DNA of 64,000 nucleotides, taken from the NCBI GenBank assembly GCA_951406725.2, contig OX597828.1:42284001-42348000 (forward strand), in the 5' to 3' direction. Source of the stretch: Octopus vulgaris (lineage: Eukaryota). Both the position numbers and the translations under genes were made by a program. Every line of letters starts with the position of its first letter. Position 1 is the stretch's first letter. The notes beneath the pieces were generated by a model. That model made no database searches, was not told where the DNA came from, and saw only the letters and a program-made list of their open reading frames with translations. This document shows, piece after piece, positions 1 through 12,179 of the stretch.

Positions 1-144
1 GGGATCGTTCTAAACGATAAGCTTTGAAGGTTTAGATTATCGTCTCAAAAACAGATATTTGTGATTTGTTGATTGTGCAAGTTATGGCGAAGTTAGATTA
101 CCCAGAAGACCTGATTCAGAAACAACTGAAATGTGGGTCAGTAG

Positions 145-181
145 AAAAAGAAAGGAAGAAAGAGACAGAATTAAAGAATTA

Positions 182-253
<72 letters not shown>

Positions 254-257
254 AGGA

Positions 258-288
<31 letters not shown>

Positions 289-451
289 GAAGAAAGAAAG
301 AAAGAAAGAAAGGAAGAAAGACAGAAAGAAAGAAAGGAAGAAAAAAGAAAGGAAGAAAGACAGAATTAAAGAATTAAAGAAAGAAAGAAAGAAAGAAAGA
401 AAGCAGGAAAGAAAGAAAGAAAGAAAGAAAGGAAGAAAGAAAGAAAGAAAA

Positions 452-487
<36 letters not shown>

Positions 488-563
488 AAAAGAAAGAAAA
501 AAGAAAGAAAGAAAGAAAGAAAGAAGAAAGAAAGAAAAAAGAAAGAAAGAAAGAGAAAAAGAC

Positions 564-622
<59 letters not shown>

Positions 623-630
623 AGGAAAGA
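145..630. repeat. (GAAA)n purine microsatellite
   Basis: Direct: long degenerate GAAA array; source of the KERK/SFFL ORFs. Confidence 0.95.
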
Positions 631-819
631 AGCCATGCTAACAGACCATCTTACTAACCAACTTATTTAAAGAAAAATATCATGGCTTCAAATTTTCCCA
701 CATGGCCAGCAAATTTATAGTGGGCGGGGTAAGTCGATCACATCTACCCCAGTGCTTAACTGCTACTTATTTTAAGTTACGGTTGCCAAGCGATATTGGG
801 GGAACGAACACAGACACAG

Positions 820-900
<81 letters not shown>

Positions 901-915
901 CACATATATACGACG

Positions 916-1055
916 TGTATCTTTCTGTTGAAGAGCGTAGGCTCGAAACGTAAAAGACTTGTTTTATTTATATTCCTGAGCGCCATACTAATACAATTGT
1001 TTGTTCGTATTCCACCTGCTTTCGTCTTTTGTTTATTTTCATAAAGCTTCCCGTT
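916..1055 (+). mobile_element. Short Penelope-like (family P1) insert with hammerhead motif
   Basis: Flanked by a 12-bp direct repeat ATATATACGACG (904-915, 1056-1067); same family at 7577-7765, 21020-21180, 16690-16760, 62240-62302. Confidence 0.75.
920..957 (+). ncRNA. Minimal type I hammerhead ribozyme motif (A6U variant)
   Basis: TCTTT-CTGTTGA-A-GAGC gtag GCTC-GAAA-CG-TA-AAAGA: stems I and II pair, stem III reduced to palindromic ACGT. Confidence 0.65.
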
Positions 1056-1239
1056 ATATATACGACGAGCTTCTTTCAGTTTCCGTCACAAGGCTTTGGT
1101 CGGCCCGCGGCTATAGTAGAAGATACTTGCCCAAGGTGCCACGCAGTGGAACTGAAGCCGGAACCATGTGGTTGGAAGCAAGCTTCCTTCGACACAGCCA
1201 CGCCTGCGCCTAAATATATGTAAAATGTATATCACAATA

Positions 1240-1526
1240 TTCATGTAATCACTATGTCGAGTAGACTATCGGTGGCTGTTATACACCACTACTCACAATG
1301 CGCTTCCTCGTTTCGAATGATGTCACTGTACAGGCTACGCAGCCAGGTCAACAGTCGATCTCGACGGAATACCAATCCGTCACAGACTTACCCATTTCTA
1401 GCTGACTGAGGTAGAGCGCCGTAAAATGAAGTGTGTTGTTCAAGAACATAACGCGGCGCCTGTCTCTAGAAATTCGAAACCGCGATCTTGAGTGCAACAT
1501 CTCTTACGACTAGGCCACGTGCCTTC
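1240..1526 (-). mobile_element. Old tRNA-derived SINE family E
   Basis: Similar to 54482-54765 and tail at 59622-59722; tRNA-like head at the right end. Confidence 0.55.
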
Positions 1527-1549
1527 ATAAGAGCACACACACATGTACA

Positions 1550-1595
<46 letters not shown>

Positions 1596-1599
<4 letters not shown>

Positions 1600-1933
1600 A
1601 TTCCTATTGTATGTGTCTTTATTTGCGCATGCGTATACCCCTATGTGTCTATGTTTAGTTAGTGTGGGGGGAAAGGGCCTGTAAAAGACACATACAATAG
1701 GAATACAAAATACAAAATGGCTGACCGTTAGTAAGGAGAGACACACAAATAAGAAAGAAGAAAGCAATGGACCACTGATGAGGTCACAGAAGTGTGACGA
1801 AAGAACTCTGGCCGAAATAAGATTAAGATTAATGTAAAAAATAAATAACGCTGAAGCAAATTAACACCAAATATATAGTGCATGTGTCTTTATTGGCTAA
1901 ACTGGCAACATGACCATTCCTAAATACACTAAC

Positions 1934-1935
<2 letters not shown>
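1596..1935 (+). mobile_element. Penelope-like insert (family P3) with inverted 5' piece
   Basis: Between microsatellites; 25-bp inverted repeat 1596-1620/1684-1708; 3' part matches hairpin at 59136-59336. Confidence 0.65.
1770..1813 (+). ncRNA. Type I hammerhead ribozyme motif
   Basis: CCA-CTGATGA-G-GTCACA gaag TGTGAC-GAAA-GAAC-TC-TGG; canonical core, 6-bp stem II, CUC triplet. Confidence 0.7.
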
Positions 1936-1980
<45 letters not shown>

Positions 1981-1985
1981 TTTAA

Positions 1986-2470
1986 AATAAATTACTTTGC
2001 CGCATACTGAACTCATTAGAAATAGCAGCTAAAAAACTTTTTTAAAACTATTTCTAATACTTAAAGAAAACCTCTCTCATATAGTGTTTGCTTAACTCAA
2101 CTCACGAAAGTTTGGGGGTAAAGACATCAAAAAATCAAATGCAAAGGTTATTTGAGAACGTACGTTTCAAGATTAGTCAACACGACACTTCTATCATCAG
2201 CTCAGAAACTCCTTGGTTTACCCCCAAACTTTCGTGAGTTGAGTTAAGCAAACACTATATGAGAGAGGTTTTCTTTAAGTATTAGAAATAGTTTTAAAAG
2301 TTTTTTAGCTGCTATTTCTAATGAGTTCAGTATGCGGCAAAGTAATTTATTTTACTAAGCCCTTTTATATAATGTAATAATTTGAATTCGCCTTAAATGG
2401 TCTCTTTGCATACTGAACACTTGGTGAAATTGATTAATAATTAATTAATTTTACCTCAATTGTTGAAATT
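1986..2470. mobile_element. Fold-back Penelope-like insert (about 136-bp arms 1986-2122/2217-2352)
   Basis: Near-perfect inverted repeat between (TA)n tracts with a hammerhead in the spacer. Confidence 0.75.
2153..2204 (-). ncRNA. Type I hammerhead ribozyme motif
   Basis: Minus strand TGAG-CTGATGA-(imperfect stem II)-GAAA-CGTACG-TT-CTCA; palindromic AACGTACGTT. Confidence 0.65.
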
Positions 2471-2591
2471 ATATATATATATGTATATATAAATTTATAT
2501 AAATACGGATAAGATCATTAATTTAAATATCGATCTTTTCAAGTGGCCAGCATGGGAATAAAAACCTTCAAAGGTAGTCATTATTATTAAA

Positions 2592-2748
2592 ATTATAATT
2601 TAGGGTATTTAAGAGATACCACCACGCTGGAAATAGCAGTAAAAACTTGACTCTAAAACCACATTTAACATTTAATGTGGTTTTAGAGTCAAGTTCTGGC
2701 AGCTATTTCCAGCGTGGTGGTAAATCTCTTAAATACCCTAAATTATAA

Positions 2749-2749
<1 letters not shown>
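2592..2749. repeat. About 75-bp-arm hairpin/inverted repeat
   Basis: ATTATAATTTAGGGTATTTAAGAGA...AAAACCACATT mirrored around about 2670. Confidence 0.9.
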
Positions 2750-2789
<40 letters not shown>

Positions 2790-3489
2790 ATACAACGCAT
2801 GGGCTTGTGTAACTTGTCAAGTTAATTATGAATGTCTTTATTTGTTATATTTGTGTGAAATGTGGACCATGATATATATTTCAGCAGTTTCCGTGTCCAG
2901 CGATTGCAACCCCAACCAAAAAAAAAAAAAAACTACCTTGTGAACGCGCGCGCGTAAGTATGTGCCTCTGTGTGCGTGTGTTTGTGTGTGTGAGTGAGTG
3001 TTTGTATGATGCGGGAGGGGCGAGTTCTACTTGTGTCAGTGTGTGCGTGGGAGTATATAATAAACATCTAACGCTCTGAGAACAATATCTAGCTTACATA
3101 GCGAAAATAAGTATGCCACCGCCCGGGGCACTGACAACCAAGCTAAATATATTAGAAACTTAACACTTTGATCTTTTTAATCACGTATCAATATAAGGTC
3201 AATTTTGAAAGGTCAAAGAAAATTTCGAGCTTATTTTGCTTAAGTAGGCAGCGTATAAATAGTTCTATGAATAGTTTTAGAAGAGGGTGACGTGGGTTCG
3301 CGTCTGAGCACATTCATTGGATTTCATTGTTGTTGTTGTTTTTTTTTGCTTTTGTTGTATTTAATGAAACGCCACTGAGTAAAATTGATTGTTTAATTAA
3401 TTATAGAGAGTATTTAAATAATCAGCTTTCAATGGCCTATGTTATTAGATTTATCTTTTAGCGGGGAGTTGTGGTTGTTGGTCTTTTAC

Positions 3490-3530
3490 CAATGTATGTA
3501 TGTATGTATGTATGTATGAATGTATGTATG

Positions 3531-3562
<32 letters not shown>

Positions 3563-4010
3563 TGTATGTATGTATGTATGTATGTATGTATGTATGTATG
3601 TATGTATGTATGTATGAATGTATGTATGTATGTATGTATGTATGTATGAATGTATGTATGTATGTATGTATGTATGTATGTATGTATGTATGTATGTATG
3701 TATGTATGTATGTATGTATGTATGTATGTATGTATGTATGTATGTATGTATGTATGTATGTATGTATGTATGTATGTATGTATGTATGTATGTACGTACG
3801 TATGTATGTATGTATGTATGTATGTATGTATGTATGTATGTATGTATGTATGTATGTATGTATATGTATGTATGTATGCATGTATGTATGTATGTATGTA
3901 TGTATGTATGTATGTATGTATGTATGTATGTATGTATGTATGTATGTATGTATGTATGTATGTATGTATGAATGTATGTATGAGTGTATGTATGTATGTA
4001 TGTATGTATG

Positions 4011-4046
<36 letters not shown>

Positions 4047-4085
4047 TAAACAGATGTTATATGTATGTATGTATGTATGTATGTA
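3490..4085. repeat. (TATG)n microsatellite
   Basis: Direct. Confidence 0.97.
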
Positions 4086-4199
4086 TCTATTTATTTATCT
4101 ATCTGTCCGTCTGTCGGTCTTTCTGTTTGTCTAACCAAATATACACAAGTGCACACGCAACCACATACACAGACACACGCACAACACGCACACACATAT

Positions 4200-4775
4200 A
4201 TGCGAGTGTGTGTGTGTATGTATATGTATATATATTTACTTTTTTCCTCCACAATCTACTGTTTATACACACACACATACACAAACAAACGTGTGTGTGT
4301 GTGTGTGTGTGTATGTATATGTATATGAATTTACTTTTTTCCTCCACAATATATTGTTTACACACACACACACAAACAGACGTGTGTGTGTGTATGTATA
4401 TGTATATGTATTTATTTTTTTCCTCCACAATCTATTGTTTACACACACACACACACATACACAAACAAACGTGTGTGTGTGTATGTATATGCATGTGTAT
4501 TTACTTTTTTCCTCCACAATCTACTGTTTACACACACACACATACACAAACAAATGTATGTGTGTGTGTGTGTATGTATATGTATTTACTTTTTTCCTCC
4601 ACAATCTATTGTTTACATACACACACATACACAAAAAAACGTGTGTGTGTGTGTGTGTATGTATATGTATATGTATTTACTTTTTTCCTCCACAATCTAC
4701 TGTTTACACACACACACACACATACACAAACAAACATGTGTGTGTGTGTGTGTGTATGTGTGTGTGTGTGTGTGT
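4200..4775. repeat. Minisatellite, 6 units of about 85-95 bp
   Basis: Core TTTACTTTTTTCCTCCACAATCTACTGTTTA followed by (CA)n AAACAAAC (GT)n, six times. Confidence 0.9.
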
Positions 4776-5379
4776 AGTACAATGTACCACATGAGGACCA
4801 CGAAGAAACGGACAGAAAACCGGAAGAAAATCTCACAGAAAGGACGTGAAAACGCTCATCCTTCATCAGCTATCGAAAGAAAAGAACCATCACAATTTCG
4901 ACGATTTATCGGAGTTTAGCGGCCGGCATCAACAACAAAAACTGTGCTGACGATTCTGACATCTCGCCGTCTTATATCGATAATAAATATTCAGTCGTGA
5001 TTACATAGAGTTTTGCAAAACACTACGTATATACGTAATTATATAGATATATACTACACCCTACATTTATATCTTCTTTTTTTTGCGATTCATGCAAATT
5101 GCTTTACGTTACATATGTGTGTGTATATGTATAATTCATATATTCATAATACACACATACATACACACTTAAACACTCACACACACACACACATATATAA
5201 AGATAAATTAAATACAGAGATATTCTGCTGACATTCAATAATTTATTTATATTACAATATTACATTAGATACTATGAATATAATATATAACTTAAAATAA
5301 TATATAAATAATTATAGAAACCGTAAAAGTCCAATAAATTGTTTCGACTTATATTGTTTCTCTAATATACATAGTTTAT

Positions 5380-5782
5380 AGGCATAGGAGTGGCTGTGTG
5401 GTAAGCAGCTTGTTTACGAACCGCATGGTTCCGGGTTCAGTCCCACTTGCGTGGCACCTTGGGCAAGTGTCTTCTACTGTAGCCTCGGGCCGACCAAAGC
5501 CTTGTGACGGAAACTGACATACTCACACATACACAAACACATATATATGTATATATATGTGTTTGTGTATGTGTGAGTATGTGTGTTTGTCTCCCCAACA
5601 TCGCTTGGCAACCGATGCTGGTGTGTTTACATCCCCGTAACTTAGCGGTTCGGCAAAAGAGACTGATTGAATAAGTACACGGTTTACAAAGAATAAGTCC
5701 TGGAGTCGAGTTGCTCGACTAAAGGCGGTGCTCCAGCATGGCCACAGTCAAATGACTGAAGCAAGTAAAAGAGTAAAAGAGT
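5380..5782 (+). mobile_element. tRNA-derived SINE family A
   Basis: A box TGGCTGTGTGGT, B box GGTTCAGTCCC, internal microsatellite, tail CAGCATGGCC-hairpin-(GTAAAAGA)n. Confidence 0.9.
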
Positions 5783-5882
5783 AATCACAGTTCAATTATA
5801 TATAAGTCACTTCAGGGTCAATCGGTTCAAGAAGACGAAACGTCGTCTGGAAAGGACAGCTGGATTGTAACCACGGACTTAA

Positions 5883-6400
5883 TTTTTACTTAGTTTCAGT
5901 CCAAGGATTGCGGTCATACTGGGGCACCTCCATTTATTTTGCTATACTTTCACTAAACCTCATCTGATGAGTGACATTTAGGGACGAGGGAGTTTTACGT
6001 TGCTGCCCTCATCTGTGTTTCTTGCCTTGAGATAGGTTCATCCGGAACTCTTGACAAGAGATCCAGTTTTGCTTTGAAAAAGCCCACATCCACGCCATGC
6101 AGGTCTCTCAGGCTTTATGAGAGGATTTTGAAGAGCTGTGGACTTTTGAAGCCCAAGCTGTTGCAGTATTCTTGGTGCTGTGCAGTGGTGCCCCGACTTA
6201 CTATTTATATAACTGGCAAAGCCAAAGCTTGGCACAAGTTTTTCTAGGATTTTCCAGATGTATATTACAGCATGTCTTTCCCGCCTTCAATTCAGGGAAT
6301 AGAGTCTTAACTCTTTCAGCGTCTCCCAATAGCTGATTATCGCATTGTGTCGATCTTCTTTGTGTAGCTTCGCTGGATCACCTTGAGTTCGGTCGTTAAT
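5883..6400 (-). mobile_element. CR1/L2-group LINE 3' end (decayed ORF2 C-terminus plus 3' UTR)
   Basis: Minus-strand translation ELKVIQRSYTKKI..SYWETLKELRLYSL..RRERHAVIYIWKIL..FKAKLDLLSRVPDEP; 3' stem-loop tail at 5883-5935. Confidence 0.8.
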
Positions 6401-6494
6401 TTATATCCATAAATTTATAGATGCATATATGTATATAAATACATATATATACATAGGCATATGCATATGTGTATATATATCTATGTATATATAT

Positions 6495-6890
6495 ATATTG
6501 TATTTTTATTTTTGCAGTTTTATCGTTTGTCTATGCCAGAAAAAAGGCTTTTTCGTTCGTCCTCTTGTGTTTGTTTTTGTACATGTATTTTAATTTTGCA
6601 GTCTTATTGTTACGTCTTGTTTGTGTTCGTACTCATTTTGCCCCGCTGCTTGGAATTTTATTTTAATTCTCTCGCAGGAAGGCCTATTGGATTAGTGTTC
6701 TGTTATGCCTTCGAAACATGCCTGACTCCTCTAGCGACAGCTGATGACGGGGGATTTGTCCTTGTGTAGCTCGTCCTGTATTTGTTTTTCGTTTTCTTGT
6801 TTTTCGTTTTCCGTTTTCTTGTTTTTTGTTTTTTGGCTTTTTCCGTTTCTACGTCTTATTGTGATGTCCTGTACTCCCGTATAATTATTT
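6495..6890 (+). mobile_element. TA-flanked T-rich insert with GAAA...CTGATGA motif (Penelope-like tail?)
   Basis: Architecture shared with 4775-4920, 33443-33632, 61130-61480. Confidence 0.45.
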
Positions 6891-6968
6891 ATATATGCAT
6901 GTATATATACATGTAGATGTAGGTACGTACATATATGTTTGTATGTATGCATATATTTTTATTTATCT

Positions 6969-7013
<45 letters not shown>

Positions 7014-7518
7014 CCACACGCCACCACTACCCTCACCCTCAGTCTAACCCACACCCCACCCTTGTTTTCCCCCACTCCCGCCTCCCCTACCTCCCAACAC
7101 CATCACACCACAACACACACCACTAGACCACACAACACATCACATCACAACTCACCACTACGCACACACTAGCACTGACCACTTCCCAGACCCACGTTTT
7201 CACACATACACACACGCACACGTCACGATCACCAGCCCTCTTCAACAAGCACATACAAACTCTCTTATACACACGCACGCGCACCTTCGTTTTGGTATCA
7301 CCACCACTTTGTTATCTCCCCTTCTCCCTTGCTCTCCTCTGGGACCCTTCTGTCCGGCCTTCGTCATGATAGGTCACTAGCCACTACACATTCTTTATTT
7401 TCTCTCCTTGTTTCTTTCTTTCTGTGTTCCTTTCTGTGAAGACACACAGTAACCCACTAGGTCACGGGAAGTCTAGTATATGTATATATGCATATATATA
7501 TATATATATATATATGTT

Positions 7519-7576
<58 letters not shown>

Positions 7577-7581
<5 letters not shown>

Positions 7582-7765
7582 GGAGAATTCACGAAGAAAA
7601 CAAAAGTCGAAGACAGGTGGTGTACAAAACAAACAGATGTATTAGTGTAACGCATAGGAATTGAAAATATCTTTTACGTTTCGAGCCTACGCTCTTCAAC
7701 AGAAAGGGACACAGAAAAAGAAAAAAACAAGGAGAGAAAAAAATGTGTGTAGTGGCTACCGATCT
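7577..7765 (-). mobile_element. Family P1 insert with hammerhead (7670-7706)
   Basis: Reverse complement CTTTCTGTTGAAGAGCGTAGGCTCGAAACGTAAAAG; (TA)n on both sides; opposite-strand partial copy at 7378-7441. Confidence 0.75.
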
Positions 7766-7833
<68 letters not shown>

Positions 7834-7838
7834 CATAC

Positions 7839-7908
<70 letters not shown>

Positions 7909-7938
7909 ATGCATATATATATATCATGTATCTATATA

Positions 7939-7983
<45 letters not shown>

Positions 7984-8083
7984 CCGCATACATGCATTAT
8001 ATACACAAACATGCAGTTTCTTAAAGGCTACTTCCTGTGAAATTAAATAAAACACAAAAACTGAAACAAGATGTTCGTATGTG

Positions 8084-8126
<43 letters not shown>

Positions 8127-8340
8127 ATCTTATGTATGTGTGTGTGTATGTATGTATGTATGTATGTATGTATGTATGTATGTATGTATGTATGTATGTA
8201 TGCATTTATGTATGTATGTATGAATGTATGTATAAGGGCAGCAGTAAGATGGGCTGGTTTAGTTCTTAAATTTCAGAGATCGTCAGTGATGAATAAGGAC
8301 AAAATAAATAACACATCGTACATACAATTAGACCTTACAT

Positions 8341-8414
<74 letters not shown>

Positions 8415-8711
8415 TTATATATATGAATGTATATATTATAGAGTAACCTATTTCAATTTTCAACGTTCTGAGTTACAGCTTGCATGGAATGGTATTTTAG
8501 AGGCGTTGTCACCATAGAGAGAGAGCAAACACATTAGTTTGAGATTTAAAAAAGGAAGCCTTTGTACTAACGGTTGTCATCTTCCAGCCAGCTTTCATCT
8601 TGTTTCATATTTTTCTTGTGATTTGGTGCGTTGCTGAGAAGGACATTAAAATGCATATTATGTAGCACCATCCGGTTTGGTGACGAATGCTTGGCCTCCA
8701 AATATATATGA

Positions 8712-8743
<32 letters not shown>

Positions 8744-8835
8744 ATGTGTGTGTGTGTGTGTGTATGTATGCGTGTGTAAGTACATATGTATATACAATAT
8801 GTGCATTTGTGTGCTTGTATATGCGCGTGTATATT

Positions 8836-8877
<42 letters not shown>

Positions 8878-9533
8878 CGTGTATATGTATACGTATATAT
8901 GTATATATATGTTGGGGTAGGATGTTTGTGTGTATATACGTGGATGTAAAGATATGTATATATATATACATATATATATATATACATATATATACATATA
9001 TACATATATATATACATATATATATACATACATATATATATGTATATATATACACATATATATACATATATATATGTATATACTTACATGTATATATTTA
9101 TATATATGTATGTATGTATAGTTGTATAATTACACATGTACAAAATATACAAGTTTACGTATGTTTGTATGTGTGCATGTATATATAAATATGCCTGTAT
9201 GTAAGTGTATGTGTGTGTTATGTGTCTGTATGTGTATGTTTAGAGCAGGACATTTAGAAGGGACATTTTTCTCTCCATAACACATAGATTCCAATGCGTG
9301 TGCATATCTCGACAGCTAATACGTATATATATATATGTGTGTGCATATGTGTATGTATATATATTTATATGTGTATGTATATAGGTATGTATGCATCTGT
9401 GAATCTATTTCTCTTCTCTCTCCATCTGTGTTTATTAATATGTACATATATGGGCAAGCATAAACATGTTTTTTTTCTGTAACAAGACATATGCATTTCA
9501 ATAATTGCATGCGCATGCATATATGTATTTATA

Positions 9534-9610
<77 letters not shown>

Positions 9611-9630
9611 GTCTCTGTCTCCCCCTATAT

Positions 9631-9667
<37 letters not shown>

Positions 9668-9701
9668 CATATATATACATATCTATATGCAAATATATAT
9701 G

Positions 9702-9758
<57 letters not shown>

Positions 9759-9959
9759 TTATATATACATATATACGTACACATGTATAAATATATATGT
9801 ATTTATAAAATTATGTAGATGTATACAGATATGAATGTATATATGTATATATATTTATATATGTGTTTATATATATATGCATCTCTCTTTATATATATAC
9901 ACACATATATATATATATAGAGAGAGAGAGATTGATATACATATATTTATATACATACA

Positions 9960-10040
<81 letters not shown>

Positions 10041-10047
10041 GTATATA

Positions 10048-11630
10048 TACTGGCCAAAATAAGTTTTTAAGACTGATGATGTCAGTTCTATTCTTTCATT
10101 AATTTATTTTAAACAAAACTGTATAAAATTATTTTACTTGTTACAGTTTATGTAGATTTTTTTCATCTTTGGAATGATATAGGCGTTATATATCTTTCTA
10201 CAATTTGAAAAAAATTTAATGAGCAATTAATCCAAATGATGTGAAATTGTCCGCAAAGTAAATTTAAAACATTATTTTGTTTAAATTGAAAATTTACGCC
10301 AAAAATGATCTACGAACATAAATTTATTATTAGTATCTAGTTTCATAGCCATTATTTTCCATTATGACCTTACAACAGCGGGACATGGAGTTCGACAAAT
10401 GAGCACAAAAATCACTTGGAATGTTCTGCCATATTTCTTCTTTGAAATTATATAATTGGGGCAAATTTGGGGGTTTTTTTTAGCATGAACTCTTTTAGAA
10501 ACATAATTCCCAAAAATTTTCTATCGGATTCAAATCCTGGCTCTGCGGAGGCCACTCAATAACCACCATATTATTTCGCTCAAAATATTGCAAAACTTTC
10601 CTAGCCTTTTGAACGGGGTAATTGTCCTGCTGGAAAATAGATCCCGGCATCTGATTATTTAAATATTGCATAACATTTTCATTTACTAATTTCAGATAGC
10701 TCACACTGTTCAGTCTGTCATTAACCTTAATTGGACCAATACCTAAGCTGGTGAACGCGGCCCACACCATTACTTTCCACCTCCCGCTTGCGCCGTTTTC
10801 TTGACACACTTAGGATGGAATCCTTCAGTTCGACGGCGTCTAACCTAAGTCTTTCCGTCTGATCCAAAGATGCAGAATCGGGATTCGTCGCTCCAAAGTA
10901 CTTTTGACCAGTCTTCGACCGTCCATTCAATATGGCTTTTAGCAAACTTGATCCGCTTTCGTCGGTTCGTCTCACAACTTATCGGTTTCTTTCGAGCGAT
11001 CCGGACGAAGAGCCCAAATTCTTTTAGGAGGTTTCTGACAGATTATGGTGCAAAGCTGATGTCAGTTTCATCAGATAATTGCTTGCAAATGTCCACAGCT
11101 GTTAGCATTCGGTTCCCTTCAGAGAGCTTATGAATTCGCCGATCTATCTATACTGTTATTTTTCTCGGAGCACCCGTTCTTTGCCGATCTTTGTATTGGC
11201 CAGTGGCTTGGTAAAGCTTCCCTGCTTGAACACAAGCCGTTTTGCTGCATACTAATTGGTTGCTAATGTTCATGAAGGACACATATTGTTGATGAAGTAA
11301 CACGATCTTTGATTTAGTAACTGGGGAGGTACTACAACGCTTTCCCATAGCGAATTAATGTGTAACAATGCTCGATTATCAAACAAAACAGAGTAGTTCA
11401 ACCAGCCATATGACCACGCATTTGGTTTATCAATTTGCATAATCATGGTACGGTCTTAAACTTATTTTGCCGACAATTTCTAATCATTTGAATTAATTGC
11501 GCATTAAAATTATTCAAATTGTAGAAAGATATATAATGCTTATATAATTCGAAAGAGAAAAAACATAAACTGTAAAAAGTAAAAACATTTTAAACAGTTT
11601 TGCTAAAAACATAACTTATTTTGGTCAGTG
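10048..11630 (-). mobile_element. Tc1-family DNA transposon, full length, decayed
   Basis: TA-flanked ends TACTGGCCAAAATAAGTT / AACTTATTTTGGTCAGTG; about 200-bp diverged TIRs; transposase motifs inside. Confidence 0.92.
10330..11348 (-). pseudogene. Tc1 (DD34E-type) transposase pseudogene
   Basis: RTGAPRKIT, ARKKP, WSKVLWSDESRF, VMVWAAF, FQQDN, WPPQSQDLNPIENFW; stops and frameshifts. Confidence 0.92.
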
Positions 11631-11828
11631 TATATAATGTGTGTGTGTGAACATATGCAGTTTTACGTTGTTATACTTTCATGTAAATGCATCTATATAA
11701 TTGGTCAAATATTTCACCTCTCACCCATGTACTACGCCCGCGCACACATACATACAAACACGCAGACACAAACAGAGGAACACACAGAAGCACACACATG
11801 CAATAATACATACATATATATATATGTA

Positions 11829-11870
<42 letters not shown>

Positions 11871-11876
11871 TACATA

Positions 11877-11919
<43 letters not shown>

Positions 11920-12123
11920 TGATATTATGGAAGTTATTTCCTAGTCCACAGTCTTTATATAGGATGTAAATAGTAAAATAGTTTTATATAATCCAGACCT
12001 AAAGATTGGCAGTATAGTCGGATTGATATCGTATTGAATTTCGAGAGCTTCTATTTCATCAATACCGATAAATATATTGTCATGAAACGCGCGTAGTCTA
12101 TATAATTTAATATATCAATCAGA

Positions 12124-12169
12124 ATGTGGTTGGTAAGCAAGCTACTTACCACACAGCTATGCTTACGCC
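12124..12169 (-). mobile_element. SINE family A head fragment
   Basis: Reverse complement GCTGTGTGGTAAGTAGCTTGCTTACCAACCACAT. Confidence 0.7.
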
Positions 12170-12179
12170 TTTGTGAGAC

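Larger units (their letters stand above)
773..1212 (-). mobile_element. tRNA-derived SINE family A, interrupted by a hammerhead insert
   Basis: Head (reverse complement TGGCTGTGTCG...GGTTCCGGCTTCAGTTCC) at 1140-1212; body matches the other family A copies. Confidence 0.85.

Noticed and set aside
5955-6000. CTGATGA motif
   Set aside because: No GAAA partner; lies within the antisense of the LINE 3' region
6670-6765. SECIS interpretation of the GAAA...CTGA motif
   Set aside because: No AUGA at the required distance upstream of the AAA and no consistent helix
8270-8295. Minus-strand CTGACGA-TCTCT-GAAA
   Set aside because: No room for stem II and weak stem I; at best a deleted remnant
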